Source: the human T2T-CHM13v2.0 reference genome, Homo sapiens
NCBI RefSeq assembly: GCF_009914755.1
Contig: NC_060929.1
Length of the DNA: 64,000 nucleotides
Reading direction: 5' to 3' (one strand)
Below the pieces are notes generated by a model. That model saw nothing but the letters and a program-made list of their open reading frames with translations, did no database searches and was not told the origin of the DNA. The first letter of the stretch is position 1; each line of letters opens with the position of its first letter. A program made the position numbers and the translations under genes. Shown here one piece after another: positions 30,800-44,605 of the stretch.

Positions 30800-32300
30800 A
30801 AACCATAAACCACACTGCTGAAAGAAATTAACGAAGACACCAATAAATGGAAAAATACCCCATGTTCATGGGTTAAAAGACTTAATATTGTTAAAATGTC
30901 AATACTACCCAAAGAAATCTACAAACCAACGCAATTCCTATCAAAATCCCAAGTCCTTTTTGCAGAAGTAAAAAACAAAACAAAACAACCCTAAAATTCA
31001 TATGAAATCTCAATAAACTGCAAATAGTCAAAGCAATCTTGAAAAAGAACTAAGTTGGATATCCCATACTTTCTGATTTCACAACTTAAACTATGGTAAT
31101 CAAATAGTGTGGTACTGGAATAAAAGCTGATTAAAACCAATGAAACAGATTAAAGAGCCCAAAAATAAATTCTGGCATAATGGTAAAATGATTTTCAATA
31201 CAGGTTACAAGACCATTCAATGGGAAAAGAACAATCTTTTCAACAAATGGTGTCAGAAATACGAGATACCCACATGCAAAAGAATGTTGTTGGGCCCTTA
31301 GCTTACACCATACACAAAAAATTCACTCAAAATGAATCACGGACTAAACCATAAGTGCTAAAACTATAAAATTCTTAGAAAAAAAATAGGGGGAAATCTT
31401 TACAACATTGGACTTGGGATTGCTTTCTTGGATATGACACCAAACGTACCGGCAACAACAACAAAAAAATAGATAAATTATACAACCTCAAATTTTAAAA
31501 CTGCATCAAAAAACACAATCAAGAAAGTGAAAAGGCAACTCACAGAATGGGAGAAAATATTTGCAAATCATACATCTAATAAGAGGTTAATATCCAGAAC
31601 ATATTAAAAATTCCTACAACTCAACAACAAACAAATAATGCCTCTAATCCCAACACTTTGGGAGGCTGAGGCAGAAGGATCACTTGAATCCAGGAGTTTG
31701 AGACCAGCCTGGGCAAGACAGTGAGACTCTGTCTCTACCAAAAACATTAAAAATTAGCCAGTTGTGGTGGCATGTACCTGTAGCCCCAGCTACTCAGGAG
31801 ACTGAGGCAGAAGGATCACTTCAGCCTGGGAAGTCGAGGCTGCAGTGAACCGTGATTGCCACTGCATTCCAGCCTGAATGAGAGATCAAGACCCTGTCTC
31901 TTAAAAAAAAAAAAAAAAAAAAAAGATGGGGTGGGAGGGGAGGAGATTTTGGCTATGCCACAGCATGGAAAATCTTGGAGAACATTACGCTAAGCAAAAT
32001 AAGCTAGTCACAAAAAGACTAATATTGTATAATTCTACTCATATGAGGTAACTAGAGGAGTCAAAGTTATAGAGAAAGGAGGCAGAATGGTGGTTCCCAG
32101 GAGTTGGAGCACAAAAAAAAGGAAAGTTATTATTTAATGCATACAGTTAGTTTTGCAAGAGAAAAAGAGTTGCGAAAATGGATGGTGGTGGTGGTGGTGG
32201 TGGTGGTTGTAAAATATGAGTGTACCTAATTCCACCGAACTATATATTTAAAAATGGTTCAGACTGTAAATTTTATATGTGTATTTTACCACAACTTTTT
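30800..32300 (+). mobile_element. L1MA/MB fragment (ORF2 3' part and 3' UTR)
   Basis: aatattgttaaaatgtcaatactaccc...; terminus ttttatatgtgtattttaccacaa; internal (GGT)n at about 32184-32207. Confidence 0.8.
31638..31924 (+). mobile_element. AluJ-like, 5'-truncated, no TSD
   Basis: Begins atgcctctaatcccaac and has a poly-A tail. Confidence 0.9.
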
Positions 32301-32860
32301 TTACAAAGCATTAAAAGAGATATCAGTTGATCAGAAATCGTTGGGACAGAAAATAGCTGGTGAGTGGATGGGATCTGATTGGTAGAAATGAAGTCAACCA
32401 CAACACAAAACTGCTAGAGAAAACTACAGCAGATCCACAAAAATTCCACGCTCAGAAGAAATAATACAAAGATTGAGGAGGGGTTCCTACTGCAATCTTT
32501 AGGATAATTAAACAATACTAAGGAACCTAGACCACCCATACCCATACTAAAACCCTCCCCCATATCCTAAGCTTCAAGGAACAGAGAAATTTTTGTTGCC
32601 AACCTGAAAAACAAGAGCTGCTCTCTTTATAAATAACAGCATACCATAACATAATGTTCATCCTCCCCAGTAAATCAGGAAATCCAAAGTCAGTGAGATC
32701 TCTTTCCACAAACAATTTGGTCAGATTTTAATCATTAATTCTGTAGGTATGGAAAAAGATACTCCAATATGTTAACATAGCCTTTGTTATGGTAACTTAT
32801 AGTTTCTATACAATTTAAATATAAATACTCTTCAACTGAGCCATTTTACTTCTAATTATC

Positions 32861-33277
32861 TTATACGGCCTGGATGTGTGTCTCTCCAAATCTCATGCTG
32901 AAATGTCTCATGCTCCAATGTTGGAGGTGGGGGCCTTGTAAGAGGTGTTGGATCACGGAGGCAGATACCTCATGAAAAGCTTAGAACCATCCCCTTGATG
33001 ATGTGTGATCCTTGCTTTATCACCGCTTCACACAAGAGCTGGTGGTTTAAAAGGAGCCTGGCACCTCCTCTCCCTCTTGCTCCCTCTCTTGCCATGTGAC
33101 CTACTAGCTTCCCTTCCACCATGATTGTAAGCTTCCTGAAGCTTGCCCTCCCCAGAAGCAGAAGCCAACACTGTGCTTTGTGTACAGCCTGAAGAACCAT
33201 GAGCTAAATAAATCTCTTTTCTTTATAAATTACCCAGCCTTAGGTATTCCATATAGCAATGCAAACAGCCTAATACA
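32861..33277 (+). mobile_element. MST-family (MSTA/B) solo LTR
   Basis: ccaaatctcatgctgaa...ttataaattacccagcc...ctaataca; TSD-like ttatc/ttatg. Confidence 0.85.
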
Positions 33278-33964
33278 TTATGTATCACAGATAAAATACT
33301 CACATACACATATGCATAATGACGTTTACTATAGCACTGCTTACATAATAGTAACGAACTAGACATAAACTAAACATACATCAGAATAGCTGAATAAACT
33401 ACTGTACAATCATTCAATGGAATGTCATGAAACACTTGATTGGTTGGTTATTTCTTTGTATATTTTAATTTGTACCAGCATTCCTCAGAGATATAGCAGG
33501 TTTAAGTTCCAGACAATGGCAATGAAGCAAATACCACAAACAAACAAGTCACACAAATTTTTTGGTTTCCCAGCACATATAAAAGTTTTGCAGTCTATTA
33601 GGTATGCAATAGCATTTTGTCAAAAAAATGATATATCTTAATTTTAAAATACTTTATGGCTAAAAAATGCTTACACTCATCTGAGCCTTCAGTGAGTCAT
33701 CCTCCTTTGGTGGAGGGTCTTGTCTCAAAGTTGATGTCTGCTAACTGATCAGAGTGGAGGTTGCTAAAGGTTGGGTAGGCTGTGGCAATTTCATAGAATA
33801 AGACAATAATGAAGTTTGCTGCATCAATGGACTCTTCCTTCCATGAAGGACTTCTCTGTAGCATGTGATGCTGTTTGACAGCATTTTACACACAGGAGAA
33901 CTTCTTTTTTTCCACAGTAAACTTTTTTCAAAACTGGAGTCAATCCTCTCAACCCCTACTGCTG

Positions 33965-34107
33965 CTTATATAATATTCTAAATCTTATATAATAACTTAT
34001 ATAATATATAATGTATATATAACATATAACTAAGCTTATATAATATTCTAAATCTTATATAATATTCTAAATTTTAATATTCCAAATCTTACATAATATT
34101 CTAAATC
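33965..34107. repeat. AT-rich minisatellite, unit about CTTATATAATATTCTAAAT
   Basis: Several full and partial copies visible. Confidence 0.8.
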
Positions 34108-37100
34108 TTTTGTAGTCATCTCAACAATGTTCACAGCATCTTCACCAGGAGTAGATTCCATCTCAAGAAACTATGTTCTTTGCTCATTCATAAGAAGCAA
34201 ATCCTCATCTGTTCAAGTTAAATTATGAGATTTCAACAATTCATTTGCATCTTTAGGTTCCACTTCTAATTTTAGTTCTCTTGTTATTTTCACTATATCT
34301 GCAATAACTTCCTCACTGAAGTCTTGAACCCCTCAAAGTCATCCACGAGAGTTGGAATCAACTTCTTCCAAACTCCTGTTATTATTTTGACCTCCTCCCA
34401 CGAATCACAAATGTTCTTAATGACATCGAGAATGGTGAATCCTTTCTAGCAGGTTTTGAACTTACTTTTTCCAGATCCATCAGAGGAATCACTATTTATG
34501 GCAACTATAGCCTTATGAAATGTATTTCTTAAATTATAAGACTTGAAAGTCAGATTTACTCCTTGATCCACGGCTGCAGAAAGGACGTTGTATCAGCAGG
34601 AGTGAAAATAACGTGAATCTCCTTTATACATCTTCATCAGATCTCTTGCGTGAACAGTAATATTTTGAAAGGTATCTTTTTCTCTGAGCAATAGGTGTCA
34701 AAAAGGAGCTAAAAATATTCAATAATCCATGCTGTAAACAGATGAGCCATCATCCAGGCTTTCTTTTTCCAGTTACAAAGCACAGACAGAGTAGATTTTG
34801 CATGATTTTTAAGGACCTTAGGTTTTTCAGAATGGTAAATGACCACTGGCATCAACCTGAAACTCACCAGCTGCATTATCCCCTAACAAGCAAGTCGGCC
34901 TATATTTTGAAGCTCTGAAACCCAGGCACTGATTTCTCTCTTGCTATCAAAGTCCTTCTAATAGAAGTCTATTTTGTCTACATTAAAAACCTACTGTTTA
35001 GTGTAGACACCTGCATCAATAATATTAGCTAGATATTCTGGATAGCTTGATGCAACTTCTACATCAGCACTTGACGATTCACCTTGCACTTTTTTGTTAA
35101 AGAGATAGCTTCTCAAACCTCATGAACCAACCACTGATAGCTTCAAACTTTTCTCCTGTAGCTTCATCACCTCTCTCAATCTTAACAGAATTGAAGAGAG
35201 TTAGAGCCTTGCTGTAGATTAAGCTTTGCCTAAGGGAATGTTATAGCTGGTTTGATCTTCTATCCAGACCACTCAAATTTTCTCCCTATCAGCAATAAGG
35301 TTATTTTCACTTTTTTATCATTTATGTGTTCACTGGAGTAACACTTTTAATTTCCTTCAATAAATTTTCTTTTGCATTCACAACTTGGCTATCTAGCTTG
35401 GTACAAGAGGCCTAGTTTTCAGTCTATCTCTGCTTTTGTCATGCCTTCCTCAATAAGCTTAATCATTTCTAGCCTTTGATTTAAAGTAAGTGACATGTGA
35501 CTCTTCCTTTCACTTGAACGCTTAGAGGCCATTCTAGGATATTAATTGGCCTAATTTCAAAATTGTTGTATCTCAGAAAATAGGACAGCCTGAGAAGAGG
35601 AAGAAAGAGAAAGGCCAGTAGGTGGAACAATCAAAACACACAAAACATTGATTAAGTTTGCCTTCTTCTATAGGTGAGGTTTGTGGCACCCCAAAACAAT
35701 CACAAAAGTAACATCAAATATCACTGATCACAGACCACCACCATAACAGAAATAATACCAATGAAAAAGTTTGAAACATTGTAAGAATTACCAAAATGTT
35801 AAACAGACATGATCTGAGCACATGCTGTTGGAAAAACGGTGCTGACAGATTTACACGAAGCAGAGTTGCTACAAATCTTCAATTTGTAAAAATCGCACTA
35901 GAAGATGGCCAACTAGACAGAAGCAAGTAGAATAGCTCCCACAGAGGGACTGGAATGACAGGCATGCTTGAAACAGATCTTCAGAGGGATGGCGCCGAGA
36001 GTGAATGGAGGGAAGACACAGAAGCTGGGCAGAAGGAGGAGAAAGACAGGAACACTGAAAACACTAACATGCACTGGGACTCATTTTTGAGCCACAACAG
36101 CTCCAGGGAAGCAGGTGAGGTGAAAAGGCAAGGAGCAATCTGCTCTCACTATGGGCCTCTGGATCCCTGGCAGAAGGGGACCCCTTGATCACCATGGACA
36201 CTGAGGTAGCAGGAAAAGCTGCTTAGAGAACCCAGAGGGTTTGGTGCAGGAGTGTCTATAGTGGAGCACAGCCCGGAACAGCCATCCCGCTAGGCTCAAC
36301 TTGCTCCCATAAGAGACTTTAGCCCTAGGGGAAATGTCACACATGAACTCTGCAGGGCAGTCTTGCACGTTAGATGGGGCTGGTCTGACCTGAGCACCCC
36401 TCAGTTGGCTGGCCTCTCCCAGGGCCCCAGCCTAGTCACACTTGCTTAAAGAGCAGCCTCCAGTGCCCTGGGGGCCTATACCATACCTTCTGCACAGACA
36501 GACTGTGCCTGTCTGGTAGAGAGCTTCAGCAGGGCGGCTCCTACAGCCATACATCAGCCTGCATGCGGCTTCTTCATACTGCAGCATACCTGCAAGCCCA
36601 CAGCAACTCCCCACCTCACTTTGCTGGTACATGTCTGCATGGTGAGTTTTGCTTTACTTGCACCACCCACATGTGAGAATGCAGGATGCCCATCGCCCCT
36701 GCCAATCCCCACTGACGGCTCCCTTGGTGGGCACACAGCCAGCATGGCCCGCTTTCACCAGCAACTCACACTTGCGCTAACCCTGACAGAGAACAAGGAA
36801 TCCTCCCACAACCTTAGAGACACTCCATCTTGAGGGGCACAGAGAAGGCACCTAGACCTGTACCAACCAGCATCCTGCCCCAAGCCAACTCCATCTCAAC
36901 TGCAACAGAGCAGAGTCTCCAGGAGGAGACTTTGCAACCCCTCTACTCACCCCACACAACTTGCCTTCACCACTGTGGTGAATGCCAGCAGGGAGGCAGG
37001 CACCCCTGCATCCACCAGCACTCTGTTGCAACTGCTGCAGCTTGGACCCCCAAGTGCAGTGGATTCCAAGGCTTAAGGAGCCAGAGAACAAAGTCTGGGT

Positions 37101-40100
37101 GCAATACAAGTCCCCAGGAGTTACAGCACTCAGTCTAAGAGGTGGGAGTTGAGCATTGGCCCTGTAAAAACTCCCAGAAACAAAACCAGTCGACTGAATC
37201 CACCTTATTCCACAATAAAACCCTCAAGGTCATCAAACAAGATAAAAGAAAAAGAAAACCCATCCAAGGGTGAGCAATCTCAAAGACTGAATATAGATAA
37301 GACCACAAAGATGGGAAAGAATCAGTGCAAGAATGCTGAAAACTCATAAAGCCAGAGTATGTTCTTTCCTCCAAATGACCACATCACCTTTCCAACAATG
37401 GTTTGGAACCAGGGTGAGGCTGAGATGGCTGAAATGAGAGAAATATAATTTAGAATATGAATATGAACAAAGTTTGTTATTTACAGAAGTACATTAAAAC
37501 CCAATGCAAGGAAGCTAAAAATCATCATAACACAATGCAGGTGCTGATAGACAAAAGAGCCAATATAGAGAAGACTGTAAGCAACATGATAGAGCTGAAA
37601 AACACACCATAAGAATTTCACAATGCAATCAAAAGTATTAACAGCAGAACAGACCAAGTGGAGGAAAGAATCTCAGAGCTTGAAGACTGGCTTTCTAAAA
37701 TAAAACAGGCCGACAAGAATAGAGAAAAAAGAAAAGAAAAGGAATGAACAAAACCGCCAAAAAATATGGGATTACAAAAAGAGAACAAATCTATGACTGA
37801 TTGGGGTACCTGAAAGAAACGGGGAGAAAGGAACCAACTTGGAAAACATATTTCAGGATATCATCCAGGAGAACTTCCCAAAGCTAGCTAGAGAGGCCAA
37901 CATTCAAATTCCAGAAATGCAGAGAGCCCCAGTAAGATACTCCATAAGAAGATCAACCACAAGACTGATAATCATCAGATCCTCCAAGATCAAAATTAAA
38001 GAAAAAAAATGTTAAAGGCAGTCAGAGAAAAAGGCCAGGTCACCTACAAAGAGAAACCCATCAGACAGTGAACCTCTCCACAGAAACTGTACAAGCCAGA
38101 AGAAATTGGAGGCCAATATTCAATATTTCTTAAAGAAAAGAAATCCAACCCAGAATTTCATAACTACCAAACTAAGATTCATACGGAGAAAAAAGTAAGA
38201 TCATTTTCAAACAAGCAAATGCTGAGGGAAATTGTTGCCAACTGCCTTATGAGAGTTCCTGAAGGAAGCACTAAATATGGAAAGGAAAGACCACTACAGC
38301 CACTACAAAAACAAACTGAAGTATGCAGACCAGTGACACTATAAAGCAACCACATAAACAAGTCTGCAAAATAACCAGCTAGCATCATGATGACAGGAAC
38401 AAATCCACATATATCAATACTATCCTTAAATGTAAATGGGCTAAATGCCCCAATAAAAAGACACAGCATGGCAACCTGTATAAAGAACCAAGACCTATTG
38501 GTATGTTGTCTTCAAGAGACCATCTCACATGCAGTGATATACATGGGCTCAAAATAAAGGGAGGGAGAAAAATCTACCAAGCAAATAAAAAATAGAAAAA
38601 AGGTAGGGGTTGCAATCCTAGTTTCTGAAAAAAAAAAAAAAAAAAAAAAGACTTTAAACCAACAAAGATCATAAAAGACAAAAAGGTGCATTACATAATG
38701 GTAAAGGGTTCAATTCAACAAGAGCTAACTATCCTAAATATGTATGTGCCCAACACAGGAGCATCCAGATTTATAAAGCAAGTTCTCAGAGACCTTCAAG
38801 GAGACTTAGACTTCCACACAATAATAGTGGAGACTTTAACACCCCACGGACAATCTTACACAGATCAAGACAAAAAACTAACAAAGATATTAAGGACCTG
38901 AACTCAGCACTGGATCGAACGGACCCAACGGGTATCCACTCTCTGTGAAAAACAACAGAATATATATTCTTTTCTTCGCCACATAACACATACTCTAAAA
39001 TTATCACATAATCAGAAGTAAAACACTCTTCGGCAAATGCAAAAGAACTAAAATTACAACAAGTAGTCTCTTGGACCACAACACAATCAAAATTAAAATC
39101 AAGACAAAGAAAATTCACTCTAAACCATACAATTACATGGAAATTAAATAACCTGCTCCTGAATGACTTTTGGGTAAATAATGAAATGAAGGCAGAAATC
39201 AAGAACTTCTTTGAAACTAATCAGAACAAAGCTACAACATACCAGAACCTCTGGGACACAGGTAAGGCAGTGTTAAAAGGAAAATATATAGCACTAAATG
39301 CCCACATCAAAAAGTTACAAAGATCTCAAATTAACAACCTAACATCTCAACTAAAAGAACTAGAGGACCAAGAGCAAACAAATTCCAAAGCCAGCAGAAG
39401 ACAAGAAATAACCACAATCAGAGCTGAAGGAGGCTAAGACATGAAAAACCGTGAATTGAAGGAGACTAAGACATGAAAAACCATTCAAAAGACCAAGGAA
39501 TCCAGGAGTTGATGTTTTGAAAAAATTTAAAAAAAGAATAGACCACTAGCTAGACTTATAAACAAGAAAAGAGATATGATTCAAATAAATACAATCAGAA
39601 ACGACAAGAGGGGTATTACCACTGACCCCACAGAAGTACAAACAACTATCACAGAGTAGTATGAACACCTCTATGCACATAAACTAGAAAATCTAAAAGA
39701 AATGGATACATTCCTGGACACATACACCCTCCCAAGACTGAAACAGGAAGAAGTCCTTAAACAGACCAATAATGAGCTCTGAAATTGAGGCAGTAATAAA
39801 TAGCCTACCAACCAAAAAAAGCCAAGGACCAGATGGATTCACAGCTGAACTCTGCCAAATGTACAAGAAGAGCTGGTATCATTCCAACTAAAACTATTCC
39901 AAAAGATTGAGGAGGAGGGACTCCTCCCAAACTCATTCTGCAAGGCCAGCATCATCGTGATACCAAAACCTGGCAGAGACACAATAAAAAAAGAAAACTA
40001 CAGGCAACTATTCTTGATGAACATCAATGCAAAAATGCCTAACACAATACTGGAAAACCAAATTCAACAGCACATCAAAAAGCTTATCCACCATAATCAA

Positions 40101-40254
40101 GTAGGCTTTATCCCTGGAATGCAAGGTTAGTTCAACACATGCAAATCAATAAATGTGAAAACAGAACTAAAGGCAAATATACTCCTTATCTCAATAGATG
40201 CAGAAAAGGCTTTCAATAAAATTCAACATCCATTCATGTTAAAAACTCTCAAGT

Positions 40255-40570
<316 letters not shown>

Positions 40571-42388
40571 TCAAGAAACCAGTCATTGAAGAAACATACC
40601 TCAAAATAATAAGAGCCATATATGACAAACCAGCAGCCAACATCATACTGAATGGGCAAAAGAGGGAAGTATACCCCTTGAAAACCAGCAAAACACAAAG
40701 ATGCCCTCTTTCACTACTCCTATTCAACACAGTATTTGACGTCCAGGCCAGGACAATCGAGCAAGAGAAAGAAATAAAGGGCATCCAAAAAGGAAGAGAG
40801 AAAGTCAAACAATCCATGTTTGTAAACAACATGATAACATGATCCTATAGCTAGAAAACCCCAGAGTCTCATCCCAAAAGCTTAAGCTCATAAACAACTT
40901 AAGCAAAGTTTCAGGATACAAAATAAATATGCAAAAATCACTAGCATTCCTATACACCAACAACAGTTAAGCTGAGAGCCAATTCAGAAACCTACTCCCA
41001 TTCACAACTGCTACAAAAAGAATAAAATACCTAGGAATACAACTAACTAGGGAGGTGAAAGATCTCTACAAGGAGAACTACAAAACACTGCTCAAAGAAA
41101 CCAGAGATCTCACAAACAAATGGAAAAACATTAAAATGGGCATACTACCCAAAGTAATTTATACATTCAATGCTATTCCTATTAAATTCTCATTGAGATT
41201 CTTCACAGAACTAGAAAAAAACTAATTTAAAGTGCATATGGAACCAAAAAAGAGCCCAAATAGCCAAGGCAATCCTAAGCAAAAAGGACAAAGCTGGAAG
41301 CATCACACTATCTGACTCTGAACTATACTACAGGGCTACAGTAACCAAAACAGCATGGTATTGGTATGAAAACAGACACATAAACCAATGGAACAGAGTA
41401 AAGAACCCAGAAGTAAGCCCACACACTTACAACTATCTGATCTTTGTCAAACCTCACAAAAACAAGCAATGGGGAAAGGAGTCCCTATTCAATAAATGGT
41501 GCTAGGATAACTGGCTAGTCATATGCAGAAGATTGATACTGGACCCCTTCATTATACCATATAAAAAATTAACTCAAGATGAATTAAAAACTTAACTGTA
41601 AAACTCAAAACTATAAAAACCCTGAAAGACAACCATTCAGGACACAGGCACAGGCAGAGATTTCATAACAAAAATCTTTGTTGACAATGTCAAAAGCAAT
41701 TGCAACAAAAGCAAAAATTGACAAATGGGATCTAATTAAACTGAAGAGTTTCTGCATAGTAAAAGAAACTATCATCAGAGCAAACAGACAATCTACAGAA
41801 TGTGAGAAAATTTTTGCAAATTATGCATCCAAAAAAGGAATGCTATCTATTAAACAAATTCACAAGAAAAAAAAATCCTATTAAAAAGTGGATAAAGGAT
41901 ATGAACACTTCAAAAGAAGACATACATGTGGCCAACAGTCATATGAAAGAAAGCTCAATATCACTGATCATTAGAGAAATGCAAATCAAAAGCACAATGA
42001 GATGCCATCTCACACCAATCAAAATGGTTATTATTAAAAAGTCAAAAAATAACAGATGCTAGCAAGGTTGTAGAGGAAAAGGAACACTTCTACACTGTTG
42101 GGGGGCTGTAAATCAGCTCAATCACTGTGAAAGGCAGTTTCGAGATGACTCAAAGACCTAAAGTCAGAAATATCATTTGACCCAGAGGTCCCATTACTGG
42201 CTATATACCCAATGGAATATAAATCATTCTATTATAAAGATACATGCACGTGTATCTTCACTGCAGCACTATTCACAATAGCAAAGTCATGGAATCAACC
42301 TAAATGCCTATTAGTGATAGACTGAATAAGGAAAATGCAGTACATATACACCATGGAATATTACGCAGCCATTAAAAAGAACAAGATG

Positions 42389-42702
<314 letters not shown>

Positions 42703-44605
42703 TCATGTCCTTTGCAGGGACATGGATGGAGCTAAAGGCCCTTATCCTTAGTAAACTAACGCAGGATTAGAAAATCAAATACCACATGTTCTTACTTATA
42801 CGTAGAGCTAAGTGATGAGAACACAGGAATACATAGAGGGAAACAACACACATTGGGGCCTACTGGAGGGTAGAGAGTGGGAGGAGGGAGAAGATCAGGA
42901 AAAATAACTAATGAATACTAGGATTAATATCTGGGTGATGAAATAATCTGTACAAAGAAACCCCATGACACACATTTACCTTTGTAACAAACCTGCCCAT
43001 GTACCCCTAAACTTAAAATACAAGTTAAAGAAAACTTTTAATCACACTATCTGCAAAGCGCGATAGAGTGAATACAATACAAAAGTGGTATGCCTCTATA
43101 TCTTATGCACCGACACAGAAAGATAACTACAAATGAAGAATTATATTTTGACAGTTAAAAGAGAGTTTTAAAGTTGCACTAGTGCTCAATTCACATCCAG
43201 ACTGCAGTATTTTTGTCACTTTAAGCTATTTGACATTTTTCTGTTGTGAACAATAATCTTGTATCTGTCTAATTCTTAGACCCACATTTTCCTCCACATT
43301 TTACCATCTCTAAAATTAGGATATGTCTTATAATAAACAGAATTTTAGATTCCCAAACATCAAATACAACCTGTTTTAAAAATTAATGAGCTCAAAAACA
43401 CTTATCAATCAGATGCGTGTAACAGTTGGGATTCCCTTTGGAATTTTAAAAACTCTCTTTAAAGCATGCCACCTGATTTTCAAGTGGAATGGGGTTTTGT
43501 TTTGTTTTTTCATTAGATTCTGGGCACAACAAAACCGTTATTATATTTACTTATTTCCTTTTAGAAAATACATCTCAGCTTTTTTCCATTTACAGATTAT
43601 CTCAATTCTCATATATTTGTTGGGCTATGGCATCTCTACAAACACATACCACTGGAAAATATATACTAAAATGCATTTAAATGGTGCTACTCTTCATGTA
43701 AAGTGTATTCATTATTCTGAAAACAAAAGGCTATCAAACTAGTTATTTATTTTTTACATATAAAAATAATATTATCTTTCTCATACATTTCATACTCTTT
43801 CCTAGCAGGCTAGTCTAAAATGTTTAAATATTGAAATAACCATCAAAAGTCACGGCTAAACTTATACATGAACCAAGACCTTAAGCTCTTTAGTTTGAAG
43901 AAGTATTTTGTTTGGGGGTTTCTTTAACAATTAAAACAAATACATTTCTCAATATTTTTATACAGCTTTTTGGAACTCGCTGAAAACCACTTCAATCACC
44001 TTAAAGCTCTAATGCTATCAGCAAAACGTGTTGCATGCAAATGATTTGATCTTAACTGATTAGTAACTTCATCCAACAGAATTAAACTCATAGTTTTAGT
44101 TTTAATGTTATATATTAGATTTTGAATGCATTCTAACATACATCTATTTTGGAGAAAAATACTTTATTCCTGCAACAAAATACTTAACATGCTAGCTACC
44201 TTGTGTTTCTCATACTATGTTTAAATTCATACAGAAAAAGCAAATACAGTACTAAAGGTGTAGGTACCATTTTTAAAATATCTGTTAAGTCACATGAATT
44301 TCACAAGAATTTGATTCAACTGATACCTTTGCTTTCTGTTTTATCATAAGTTAATATGCCTCTAAATACCATAATCTAAGATATAATTTTTTAAAACCTT
44401 CATTGCTAATTTCAAAAAAATATAATTTGAGTATTTGAAAAGTTCATACGCCTAAGAAATAACATGGCTTATATGAGTATTAATAATTTGAAAGTATTAT
44501 TTCTTTCTAATAGCTATCAGCATTATTTGAAACTGATATATTTCTAGAACCTCAATATTTCTTTTAATAAAGAAATGAAAAACAAATACTACTGGTCTTA
44601 GAGGA

